Below, piece by piece: positions 1 through 14,750 of a stretch of 64,000 nt of DNA (position 1 is its first letter; every line of letters begins with the position of its first letter). The notes below the pieces were generated by a model. That model had not been told where the DNA came from. It ran no database searches and was given only the letters and a program-made list of their open reading frames with translations. The position numbers were made by a program, and so were the translations under genes. The stretch lies in assembly GCF_009914755.1 (NCBI RefSeq), contig NC_060943.1; one strand, written 5' to 3'. Origin of the DNA: the human T2T-CHM13v2.0 reference genome, Homo sapiens.

Positions 1-636
<636 letters not shown>

Positions 637-731
637 AGTGGTGTTTCTTGATGAGCAGATACTGTCATTGCAGTGGCCAGTGCTTTAAGTCAAATTCTCA
701 AGAACACCTGATTAAATAGTTGACACTCAAT

Positions 732-737
732 TTTATT
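732..737 (-). terminator. SLC1A5: SLC1A5 polyadenylation signal AATAAA
   Basis: Plus-strand tttatt about 600 nt past the stop codon, shortly before unique sequence gives way to Alus. Confidence 0.85.
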
Positions 738-880
738 GCTAAAAAAAATGTCCTCTGGAGTGACAGCAGGTATTTGTCCTCAGCCTCTCCCCAGAGTCCC
801 TGGGAGTGTTTCTGTTATTGTGGAGGGAATAGGGGATCTGGGGACAGGGTGGGACGTACCATGGGGACAGGAGGTCACAG

Positions 881-881
<1 letters not shown>

Positions 882-919
<38 letters not shown>

Positions 920-928
920 ACACACACA
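882..928. repeat. (CA)n/(TG)n microsatellite in SLC1A5 3'UTR
   Basis: Seen directly; reads (UG)n in the mRNA. Confidence 0.97.
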
Positions 929-1334
929 TCCCCCCACAACTACAGCCGCCAAAATAACCAGCATGGTGTTGTAACATCCCCCCAGTGGGGGCTAGAATTC
1001 CCCATGGTGACCTGTGACCTGCTCCCTGAGACAGGGGAGGCCAGGCAGGTCACGGTGGGGACGCAGCAGAACATTATTTCTCCATCTTGCTGTTTTCTAG
1101 CCTTGAGTTGGGGACATGAGTGAGAACTGGGGGTTTTGAGGAGTAACCCTTGTGAACACATGTACTCCAGCAGCCAGGCATCCCAGATCTCCTGTCCTGG
1201 AGGGTGCTGGGGCCCCTGGCTCCCCAGAGTGTGCAGGCAGACCCCCAGAGCCCTAGCTCATCCATTTATCCATTCCTCATAATCCAGTGTCCAAAGAGCA
1301 CCCCCAGCAGGGCAGGGAAGGTCCCTCCCGGGGT

Positions 1335-1572
1335 TTACATGACTGATTCCTTCTCAGAGGCGACCGTGGCATCCCCTGCGGGCCCCCGATAGTGTTTGAG
1401 GAGGGGGTTTCCTTCCTCAGTGGGGAGTGGCAGCGGATCCAGGGGCAGCTCACTCTTCACTTGTATCAACTCAGGCTCTGTGCTTCTCGACTCCGTACGG
1501 TCCACGTAATTTTGGAGGAGTCCTGCCCCCAGAGCGTCACCTTCTACATTGAGGACGGTACAGGACCGGTCG
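1335..1572 (-). CDS. SLC1A5: SLC1A5 exon 8 coding part (238 nt, to stop TAA)
   Basis: DRSCTVLNVEGD...SEKESVM*; tag acceptor; exon total 1626 nt = 541 aa; C467 and N471 fall at the expected positions. Confidence 0.99.
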
Positions 1573-2010
1573 CTAAAGGGGTAGAAATGACAGCAAAGTA
1601 AGCGGGAGGGGAGAGGGTGAGAGGGAAGGAAAGGGCCAAGGCCTAAGCCTCCTGCCTCTCTCCCCCTGGAATCTAAAAAGTAAAAATTAAGAGTTGGAGT
1701 CAGCCTGGGCAACATAGTGAGATCCCATCTTTATATATATTTAAAAAAAAAAAAAATTAGCCAGTCATGGTAGTGCACACCTATAGTCCCAGCTACTCAG
1801 GAGGCTGGGGCAGGAGGATCGCTGGAGCCTGGGAGGTGGAGGCTGCAGTGATCACAACCATGATCACATCACTACACTCCAGCCTGGGTGACAGAGCCAG
1901 ACTGTGTCTCGAAAAAAAATTATAATTCACCTACCATAAAATTAACCTTTTAAAAGTGTCCATCTTGGTATTTTTTAGTATATTCAGACTTGTGCAACCA
2001 TTGCCAATAA

Positions 2011-2154
<144 letters not shown>

Positions 2155-2796
2155 TGAGATCACAGGACAGGCGTACACCACCATACCCGGCTAATTTTTT
2201 TGTATTTTTAGTGGAGATGGGGTTTCACCATGTTGGTCAGGCTTGTCTCAAACTCCTAACCTCAAATAATCCACCTGCCTGGGCCTCCCAAAATGTTGGG
2301 ATTACAGGTGTGAGCCACCGTGCCTGGCTGCTTTCCAATCTTTATACTCTTAATAGCTTAATCGTGATAGCAAATAATTATGTAGCAATTACTGCTTACT
2401 GGGGGCTGCTCTAAGGGAGGTGTGTCTGTTATCTAATCCTTAGGGAGAGACTGTTCTTCTCCCCGTTTTACAGATGGAGAAACTGAGACGCAGGAAGATT
2501 AAGCACTTCCCGAGGTCACAACAGTGAATGTTGGAGCTGGGATGTGAACCTGAGCAGTCTGGCTGAAGAGTCTGCTGTATTCACCACACAGACGCTCTAC
2601 TTTTCTGACATCCCTCTTAGAGCCACAAAGATGCCATTCCTTGCCCTCAGGAATGCTCAAGGTTCCCCCCATTTCCTCCAGAATTCCTTCCTTCTTCTCT
2701 TCCTCTTCTGTCCAGAGGCTCTAAGGACTCTCACTCACTCATCCTCTTTCCCAGGGGTACCCCTGGCCCTGCCCCAGTCTCCAGACCCACACTCAC

Positions 2797-2931
2797 ACTA
2801 GCCAGTCCACAGCCAGGATCAAGGAGATATGGTCGACCGGGAGGTTGACTGCTTCGAGGATGATGGCCAGAGTGAGGACACCTCCAGCAGGGATGCCCGC
2901 TGCCCCCACGCTGGACGCTGTGGCCGTGACC
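2797..2931 (-). CDS. SLC1A5: SLC1A5 exon 7 (135 nt)
   Basis: [17 protein letters not shown]...AVDWLV (HP2/TM8); cag/gtgagt boundaries; 101-nt intron 6. Confidence 0.98.
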
Positions 2932-3032
2932 CTGAGGGAGAAGGTGGGAGGTTAGGCAGATGCCTGTCTTGTGGGAGAAGATGGGGGTCAACAGGGGTCC
3001 GGGGGTCCCATCCGCAGCCCCCTGACACTCAC

Positions 3033-3227
3033 AGGATGGTGATGATCTTTACGAAGTCCAAGGACTGCTGGCTGAGCTGTGCAATGAACACTGCGGCCAC
3101 GCACTGGAAGAGCGCGGCACCGTCCATGTTGACGGTGGCGCCGATGGGCAGGATGAAACGGCTGATGTGCTTGGCCACGCCATTATTCTCCTCCACGCAC
3201 TTCATCATCAGCGGCAGCGTGGCGGAA
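3033..3227 (-). CDS. SLC1A5: SLC1A5 exon 6 (195 nt)
   Basis: [16 protein letters not shown]...[12 protein letters not shown]...KIITIL containing the SLC1 NMDG motif; cag/gtgagt boundaries. Confidence 0.98.
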
Positions 3228-3309
3228 CTGCAAGGGATGGGGGAGCTGAGTTAGGTTAACCTGCTGACCGGGGCTCCGCCCACCCTCCAGGTCCAGCCCA
3301 GGTGAGGCC

Positions 3310-3590
3310 TCGCCTACCCCACCCCAACCAGCCAAAGCCCCACCCACCCCACCTAGTGGATCCCCACCAGAGCCTGCCTAAGCAAAGCCCTGTCACCCAA
3401 CCACCCTCCAGGTCTGACCTGCACCACCCACCCAGTTGAAGCCCCGCCCACCCAGAGCCCACCCACACCACCTGCCCAGCCAAAGCCCCGCCCACCCAGA
3501 TCCCGCCCATACCACTTGCCCAGCCAAAGCCCCGCCCACCAGATCCTGCCCATACCACCTGCCCAGCCGAAGTCCCACCCACGTCCCCAG
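3310..3590. repeat. Degenerate ~44-bp C-rich (G-rich in pre-mRNA) minisatellite in intron 5
   Basis: Repeated cccagccaaagccccgcccacc(c)agatcc(c/t)gcccataccac(c/t)tg units. Confidence 0.8.
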
Positions 3591-4496
3591 TCTGTCCCTT
3601 GGCCCAAGGCCCCCACATCTAACCTAGACCCCCCTTCCCTCCTACCATGTCCTGACTCCACCCCCAGCCCTCACTTGCTATATCTAAGCTCTTTTCCCAC
3701 AAGCAGGCAGCACTAGGGAACTCAATACCAGGATTACAAAATCCATGAGTCCTGGAACCCCTGGGAGAGTATAGACTACTACCTCCCAAAATACCCACAC
3801 AATTCACACCTAAATTCTACTGTCTGGGTCCTGCTGACTCTCACCAATAATACACTAAGAATTACTATTGTCTTGGGAGGGGACAGGGCCAGCAGGGATG
3901 AATGAAATGCCCAGGAGAGACGGTGGAAGGAGTTCTGAGGTTGAATCAGAGCAGAACTTAAGAGCCCCCCAGGGGCATGGCAGCTCACACCTATAATCCC
4001 AGCACTTTTGGAGGCCAAGGTGGGCGGATCACTTGAGGCCAGGAGTTTGAGACCAGCCTGGCCAACATGGCGAAACCCCGTCTCTACTAAAAACACAAAA
4101 ATTAGCTGGGTATGGTGGGGGACACTTGCAGTCCCAGCTACTCGGGAGGCTGAGGCAGAGAATCACTTGAACCCAGGAGGCAGAGGTTGCAGTGAGCTGA
4201 GATCACACCACTACACTCCAGCCTGGGCAACAGAGCGAGACGCCATTGTTTAAAACAAAAGAAAAAAAAGAGTGCCTCCAGGGCCACGGGGAGGCAGTGT
4301 AAGAAAGAGGGAAATAAATCTCTAGGGCAATCATTTCCTATCTTTTTAAGGGTGGGGATAAATCCAGGACCTTATGAGAATCTCCTGAAGTATGGCCCCT
4401 GTACCCAGATACAATGTCCCGGGCAGAGAAAATTTCATCCGCTCCATGCCGCTTAGCGGATTAAACATCCCACCCTAGCCCACCCCAAGGCCGTAC

Positions 4497-4730
4497 CTGG
4501 AAGAGGTCCCAAAGGCAGTGGCCAGCGGCGTCACGATGCCCCACAGGAAGCGGTAGGGGTTTTTGCGGGTGAAGAGGAAGTAGATGAGGGGCAGTACCAG
4601 GAGCCCATGGATGGCGTGACCCAGCAGGCAGCACAGAATGTACTTGCCAAGGCGGGCAAAGAGTAAACCCACATCCTCCATCTCCACGATCTTGCCAGCC
4701 ACCAGGAACATGATGCCCACAGGGGCGTAC
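4497..4730 (-). CDS. SLC1A5: SLC1A5 exon 5 (234 nt)
   Basis: [17 protein letters not shown]...TAFGTSSS (HP1 serine motif); cag/gta boundaries. Confidence 0.98.
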
Positions 4731-4928
4731 CTGATCAGTAACACAGGAGACAGCTTGTTGCCTCTTCCACGGGCCCAGTGGCCAGGCGTGAGGCTCAGCA
4801 CCCTGCCCACATCTTCCTGCCTTCCTGAGGTCAGGAGAAGCCCCAGCAATGTGTGCTTCAGCATGGGCACCACTCCCAGGCCTGGCCCCTGAAGCCCCCA
4901 TGCCAATCTCATGCTCTCTTTCCCCTCA

Positions 4929-7980
<3,052 letters not shown>

Positions 7981-8203
7981 CGTTCCCATTTTATAGATGA
8001 GGAAACTGAAGCAGAGAAGGAAAATCACTTGCCTAAAATCACATAGACAGGGAATGGTCAATGCTGGATTTAAATGCAGGTCATCTGGCTCCAAAGAGTG
8101 AATAGAGGGTGCCCCATCCCAAACAGAATGCCCCGCACCTGCCTCTGGCAGCAGACCGACCCTCCAACCCCACCCACCCCCAGCCTCCTCTCCCACCACC
8201 TAC

Positions 8204-8370
8204 CACATGATCCAGGAGACCAGAACCATGGTGGCCTCATTGAAGGAGTTGAAGAAGCGGATAAGCAGCTCCCCTTCAGGCCCCAGCTTCCGCAGCGCCA
8301 CACCAAAGACGATGGCAAACACTACCAAGCCCAGGATGTTCATCCCCTCCACCTCCTGCCCCACGGGCAC
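8204..8370 (-). CDS. SLC1A5: SLC1A5 exon 4 (167 nt)
   Basis: [23 protein letters not shown]...VSWIMW; cag/gta boundaries. Confidence 0.98.
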
Positions 8371-9917
8371 CTGTGGGCAAGGAACAGATCGGGGTGGAAA
8401 GGACACTCAGTCTACCTGCACAGTCACTGAGGGCCTGTCCTTGGCACCACTGGGACCCAGCAGAGACAAGGCAGCCCTCAGACCCCTTCCTCCCAAGGCT
8501 CCCAGTCCAGGTCCAGGGGAAATATATTAGTCGTCAGGGATGGCCCAGAGTAGGTGGGGCTGGAATAAGGGAGTCCAGGGGAGTGTGGGAACCAAGAGAG
8601 GGCAGTGCCAGCTTGGGGAGTAGGGGGCAGTCAGGGGGGACTTCCTGGAGGAAGGAGCATCTGAGCTGAGACCTGGAGGACAAGAGGAGTGAACCAGGTA
8701 AAGAAGGGTGGTAGAAAGATCTACAGAGAGGAAGCAGAATGTGCAACAGCCTAGAAATGAGTGCAACTTGGGCATTCAAAGAAGAGCCATAATCTACTGT
8801 GGCTAGAGTAGAATAATCTGGGCAGGGTCACTAGTTAAGGATGGGCAGCCAGGCGGGCTGGCAGGGGTTTGACCTCACAGGGAGCCCTTGGTCATAGACT
8901 GTAGCAAGGAGACTGGACTTTCTCCTGAAGGCACTGAGGCACATGGCAGGGCTCTGGGTACTGCAGAGATAGGGTCACATTTGTGTTTTGAAAAGATCCT
9001 CGGGCGGAGCACGGTGGCTCACGCCTGTAATCACAGCACTTTGGGAGGCTAAGGTGGGCAGATCACCTGAGGTGGGGAGTTCCAGACCACACTGACCAAC
9101 ATGGAGAAACCCCATCTCTACTAAAAATACAAAATTAGCCGGGCATGGTGGCACATGCCTGTAATCCCAGCTACTCAGGAGGCTGAGGCAAGAGAATAAT
9201 CACTTGAACCCGGGAGGCGGAGGTTGCAGTGAACCGAGATCACGCCATTGCATTCCAGCCTGGACAACAAGTACAAAATTCTGTCTCAAAAAAAAAAAAA
9301 AAAAAGAAAGAAAGAAAAGAAAAGATACTCAGGGCCAGGAGCAGTGCCTCACGCCTGTAATCCCAGCACTTTGCGAGGCGGCCAAGGTGGGCAGATCACT
9401 TGAGCCCGAGAGTGCAAGACCAGCCTGGGCAACATGGCAAAACTCAGTCTCTATAAAAGATACAGAAATTAGCCAGGTGTGTTATAGTCACAGCTACTGG
9501 GAAGGCTGAGGTGAGAAGGATCACTTGAGCCCAGGAGGTGGAGACTGCAGTGAGCTGTGATCGTGCCACCGTACTCCAGCCTGAATGATGGAGAGAGATC
9601 CTGTGTCAGAAAAACAACAACAAAAACCTCTGGCTGGCTGCCAGTTTGAGCAGGTTGAGGGTGGATGGAAGGGGGCAGGGAGAGGGCAGCATGGAATGGG
9701 GTTGGGGGGTGAGGGAGAAAGGAAGAGCCTGGGCACCTGGGGTGGGAAAAGAGGGGACAAAGTAGAGACCTATCCAGAAGGCAGAAAAGACAGAAATTGG
9801 GGAAGGACTGCAGAGTGTCAATCAAATTCCACAGCAAAGACTAAGGCAGAAATAAAACCAAAAAATTATAGCAATAGGCAAAGAGGTAGAGCCCCCGCTG
9901 CCTCCCACTGCTCTCAC

Positions 9918-9965
9918 CTTCACCCTGGTTCCGGTGATATTCCTCTCTTCATAGGTGGTAGAGTA
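9918..9965 (-). CDS. SLC1A5: SLC1A5 exon 3 (48 nt, YSTTYEERNITGTRVK; N212 glycosylation sequon)
   Basis: tacag acceptor, gtgaga donor; in frame. Confidence 0.98.
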
Positions 9966-10337
9966 CTGTAGGTGGGGTTGGGAAGAGTCAGTGTCCATCG
10001 TTACCAGGGCCTCCCAACCCCATGCCAAGCTAACAATGCTCAAAGCCTGCCCTTCCACATCCTTTCAATGTGATCTCATTTCATCTGCTGGCAACCCCAT
10101 GGGGCAGGATGATCAATACCCCCATTTTCCAGAGGTGGAAAACCGAGGCTCAGAGAGGTAAACACATTTACCCAGAGTCACACAGCTAGAATTAAAACTC
10201 ACAGGAGGCTCTGAGCCCGTATTCTCATTGACATGCATTTTTCCAGGAACTAACCAAAATCAGGTAGCAAGGGCTCCCCCTGGCTGGCATCCCTCCCTGT
10301 CCACCCCCATCCCCTCAGGACACCCCTGAGGACTCAC

Positions 10338-10380
10338 TGAGCGAAAGGCTGCTGACACCAGGTTGGAAGGGAAGATATTT
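10338..10380 (-). CDS. SLC1A5: SLC1A5 exon 2 (43 nt, RNIFPSNLVSAAFRS)
   Basis: cag acceptor and gtgagt donor; conserved SLC1 motif NxFPxNLV; phase matches exon 1. Confidence 0.98.
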
Positions 10381-10415
10381 CTGCAGAGACAGACACACAG
10401 AGGGTTATTAGATAC

Positions 10416-10735
10416 CATAGTGGGAGGGCAGCATTGTCTGAGAGGCTGGGTTGGCGTTTTAAGGCAGCGAGTGGAAGCTTTGGGGGCCCGCCTGCACGCA
10501 AACACAGCCCCTACTCATGCCTCAGCCCGGCAGGGTTGGAACTAGGCTTGCACCCCTTTGCAGGACTTGGGGAGTCAGCCTCCTTCAGCCCCAAGAGGCT
10601 GGCGTGCTAGCCCTGAGGCATTGTGGGTTCGGGGTGAGGAATGCTGGCCTCCCACGGCAGGCCAGGGCAGGTCGCCCCGGGCCTCAGCTCCACCCCATGC
10701 AGCAAACTTAATAACCTGGACAGCTTGCATCAGCC
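10416..10735 (-). promoter_or_regulatory. SLC1A5: Putative alternative promoter/first exon in intron 1 (short SLC1A5 variant)
   Basis: ATG at 10418-10416 followed directly by GTATCT; C/EBP-ATF element TGATGCAA at 10732-10725; RCGTG cores at 10495-10499 and 10602-10606. The 5' boundary is uncertain. Confidence 0.6.
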
Positions 10736-12739
10736 ACTTCCTCCTGGAGGGCCTGCCAGCGGCTCTGAGAGTATGGGGGAGGATCTGGGTGTGTTGGGAG
10801 GCGGTGGCGGGGAGGGAGAAAAGGGACGGCTTCATATCTCATGAATATGCATCTGTGTTTACAAGGCTACCCTTACTCTTGTGTGACAGTGTCTGCCTTA
10901 AGATGAAAATAGTAGCTAAGGCCAAGGCGCCATGGCTCTTGCCTGGAATCCCAGCACTTTGGGAGGCCAAGGCAGACAGATCGCTTGAGCCAGGAGTTGA
11001 AGACCAACCTGGGCAACATGACGAAACCGTGTCTCTACAAAAAATACAAAAATTAGCCAGGCATGGTGGCATGTGCCTGTAGTTCCAGCTACTCTGGAGG
11101 CTGAGGTGGGAGGATCACTCAAGCCCGAGGAGGTTGAGGCTGCAGTGAACCAAGATCAAGCCACTGCATTCCAGCCTGGGACCGAGTGAGACTCTCTCAA
11201 AAAATATACATAGCAGCTAAGCCATCTACAGCACCTACCGTGTGGCAGGCAGGCATTTTGGCCTGTGCTTGACACAAATTAACCCATTTCATCCTCACGA
11301 CAGCCTTGGGGATAATCACTATTACCCCATTTTACAGAAAAGGAAGCTGAGGCCCAGAAGGGTAAAGAAAATTGCCCAGCTGGGAAATAGCAGAGCTGGG
11401 ATTTGAACCCAGCCAGCTGGCTCCATAGCCCCAAGCACTCCACATGCTCCCTCTCACCAATGACTGGTGTACAGCCAACGCCATGTGCCCATATACAATC
11501 TGTCAAATGTTAATAGTTTGGGTGCAGGTTAAGGTTCAGTAGTATGGGACAGTGTCCATGGATGGCCACCCATGCATCACGGTACAGTAAAATAACGTCA
11601 TGGTAGAGGAATGAGTTTGGCCGGGTGCGGTGGCTCACGCCAGTAATTCCAGCCTTTTGGGAGGCTGAGGTGGGCAGATAACTTGAGGTCAGGGGTTCGA
11701 GACCAGCCTGGCCAACATGGCAAAACCCCGTCTCTACTAAAAACACAAAAATTATCCAGGCGTGGTGGCACACGGAAGGCTGAGGCACGAGAATCACTTA
11801 AATCCAGGAGGTAGAGGTTGCAATGAGCCAAGATCGCACCACTGCACTCCAGCCTGAGCAACAGAGACTGTCTCAAAAAAAAAAAAAAAAAGCATGAGTT
11901 TATTGGTGTGTGACCACATAGGTGTGTATGTGAGTGTGTATTGTGTGCTCTTGAGCCTGTGTTTAGATGTTGGCGTGGCTGGTGGCATCACTGAATGGCT
12001 GTGCTACAGGGGTCTTAGTACACAGTGAGCGTGTGTATGACCGCTGGTATCTGGCCATGTGTTTGTCGAGATGCTACAGCCTCAGCTGAGTGTCTGCGTG
12101 AATGTGTCCAGCTGTATGTCATTTGGTTATAAGCCTGTGTGGCAGGCCAAGTGTGAGCTACAGCTGTTTTGGCACGCAGGGGAGGCCTGTGCTCATAAAC
12201 AGCCTCGGAGTGGGTGTGCCTGCCTGAAGGTCCGCCTGTACCACCCAGGCCCAGGCTGGGCCAGGACCCAGCTAATCTCCCCCAGCCAGAAGGTGCTCCC
12301 AGGCTTCAACTCGGGACACCAAGCCTGCCCCAGTCTCGCATCTCAGCCTGCACTGACGCCCCAGAGGCTGGAGAACCCTGTTCCGTGACTCATCATTTCC
12401 TTCCCCCAACTTCCAGGAAGTCCCCAACGTGGAGACACTGAATGAGCAAGCCCTAAAGGCAAGCGCAAGGGGGCCTCTGCCCCCCGCCCTCCTCAAAGTG
12501 GGGGAGGCCATTCTTGGGGGCGCGGGGCAGAGGCCAGGAGAAGGAAAAGAATCTGCTCCCCTTTCTAACTGGTCCTCTTCTGGGCTGCCTGCTAGGGGGT
12601 GGCCCAGACAGAGGAGGAAACGGGAGGGAAAGGCAGGGGTGGCAGGGCTGATCTAAAAGATAAAGGGGAAGCGGCCAGACCCCAGCTGAAATGGGCGGGA
12701 AGCGGAGGCCAAAAACAGAGCCTGGTTATGTCCGAGTGA

Positions 12740-13164
12740 CACGTGGTGTGGGGGTGCCCCAGGGCTGGGAAGAGGGCCTGGTGGGAGTTACTCAGATCTC
12801 AGATCCTCCAGGGGCTCCTTACCCAAACTCTCCAACCCTGGCCCCAAATTATATCTAGAAGCCCCATCTTGGGGCCCTTGACCACGCAAAGATTCCCCCC
12901 GCAAAAGTTCCTCCTGGGGTCCCCTCCCCTCAGTGTCTTTCTCCCCTAGGCAGACCCTCCTATGTCTCCCCAAATCACTTTCTTCTCCCTCTATAAGACC
13001 CCACTTATGTACCCAGGCCCCCAGATTTAGAAACCCCTTCCCCAGGAGACTAGACTCACACTCCCGAGGGCTGGAGCCTCCCCTCAATATCCTGTCGAGT
13101 TTTCCTAAGACTCTAGAGGGAAGTCTCTGCTCCAGGGGCCCCAAAGCCCCGTCCTGTCCACGTG
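12740..13164. promoter_or_regulatory. Two canonical E-boxes (CACGTG) in SLC1A5 intron 1
   Basis: CACGTG at 12740-12745 and 13159-13164; SLC1A5 is an established MYC target. Confidence 0.6.
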
Positions 13165-14750
13165 ACCACTCCCGCCATCCGTAACACTCTTCCCCACCTC
13201 CCGGGGGAGCGGGAGCTGACCTCGCAAGATCCAGGAACGAATCGAGCACCTCCTTGCTGGGGGCATTTTCGGCACTGCCCGCGGCTCCCACGGAGGCGTT
13301 GATGGCGGCGGAGGCGGCGCCCGGCTGCAGAGCCAGCGCCAAGCCCACTCCGAGCGCCGACGCCAGCAGCGTGGTGACCAGGAAAAAGAGCAGCGCCCAG
13401 GCGCCCAGACGGCCGAGCGCGCCGGGGTCCAGGCTGGCGGCGCCGCCGATCAAGCTGCACACCACCAGCGGCAAGATGATCATCCGCAGCAGACGCAGCA
13501 GCAGCTCGCCCGGGAAGACGAAGGCGCTCAAGCGCTCCGGGCCCAACGCCAGCGCACCCCCGGCCCCCGACACCCCCAGTCCCAGCGCCACGCCGGCCAC
13601 CACGGCCACCACTGTCAGCAGCACAAGCAGGTTGGCTCGAAGGCAGCGGCGCACCTGGTCCCGGGAACCGCAGTAGCCGCCTGCTGCCGCGCCTTGGTCC
13701 TCGATGGAGGCCAGCGCCAGGCCCCCGTTGGCGGTGGGCTCCGCCGCTGCGAGCCCCTTGGAGTCTCGAGGAGGATCGGCCACCATGATGGGAAGCACCG
13801 GGGTTTCTTAGCGCCTGGAAGCTGGCTGGGAGCGCTTGGGCTCCTTCCCAGGACCCGACGTTCCTAGGACTGAGTTGAGTAACAGCACCTGGAGACTGGA
13901 ACTTTGGAGGGCTCCTTAGAGTTGTGAGTTCACAGCACTGAAGTTCCTTGGCTCTTGGAAGCTGGAGTGTTTAAATTCCCCAGGCTGGGCGCTGAGGCTT
14001 CTCTGCTCTGCCCCGTGTGCCAGATGTCCGAAAGCTGGGAGTTCGGAGCGCCCGGGTTCCTTGGCCCTAGGAGCTGGGAATACGAGAGTTTCTCTGGGTG
14101 GGACGTGGGGCCCTTGGCTCCAGGAGGTTGAGTGCCCCCAGATGGCGGAGGTCTGCAGGAGGCTAGGTTCTGGTGGCGCAGATCCCGGACGCCTGGATCC
14201 GGGAGGCGGGGACCCGGGCTGCCTGGGTCTTGGACACTGAGGGCTGGGATGCCAGAATCTGGGGGCCGGGAAGCGGACCTCCGGAAACAGGGGACCCAGG
14301 CTCTTAGGTCCGGGAGGGTGGGATGCGGGCCCCTGTGTACGGAAGGCGGTGGTCTGGTGTCCGGGAGTAGCGGTTACCAGCCAGAGAAAGCCTCCCGGGC
14401 GTGCCGCGTGGCTCTGAGCCCGTTTAGCGGAAGCTGCCAGGGATAAGGGTAGGGGGCGGGGCTTGAGAAGGCGGGGACCGACCCTCGGGCGCCGATTGGC
14501 TGCAGAGCGTTCGGAGACTGGACGAGTAGGGGCGGGGCTGATACCCGAGATGGGCCAGGTCCCCCATAGAAGGCAGATTAATAATACCCATCTCCAGGAG
14601 CCGGGCCCAGAGACGACGGGGCGGGGCCAGGAAGGGGCGGGGCCTTGGGAGGGTGCTGTTTCCCGCCAAAGGAACTGGGTTGTGGGTTGGAGCCCTTAAA
14701 CCACAGGGGTTCGTTCCCTGGTGCGAGGGTCGCTAGAAAGCTCCGGTGGT
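13150..14750 (-). promoter_or_regulatory. SLC1A5: CpG-island promoter and long 5'UTR of SLC1A5 (TSS approx. 14400-14430)
   Basis: High CpG density; GC boxes GGGGCGGGG at 14453, 14529, 14618 and 14634; CCAAT box (plus attgg 14495-14499). TSS position is inferred. Confidence 0.85.
13221..13786 (-). CDS. SLC1A5: SLC1A5 (ASCT2 neutral amino acid/glutamine transporter) exon 1 coding part, 566 nt
   Basis: ATG at 13786-13784 starts MVADPPRDSKGLAAAEPTANGG...FLDLAR; SLC1/DAACS-family TM segments; GT donor at 13220-13219. Confidence 0.99.

Noticed and set aside
2829-3254. 141-aa plus-strand ORF over exons 6-7 (also 13254-13676)
   Set aside because: Antisense shadow ORFs of GC-rich SLC1A5 codons, with no independent support.
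12788-13220. C-terminal extension of the 336-aa ORF past LDLAR
   Set aside because: Read-through into intron 1; the real frame splices at the GT donor at 13220.
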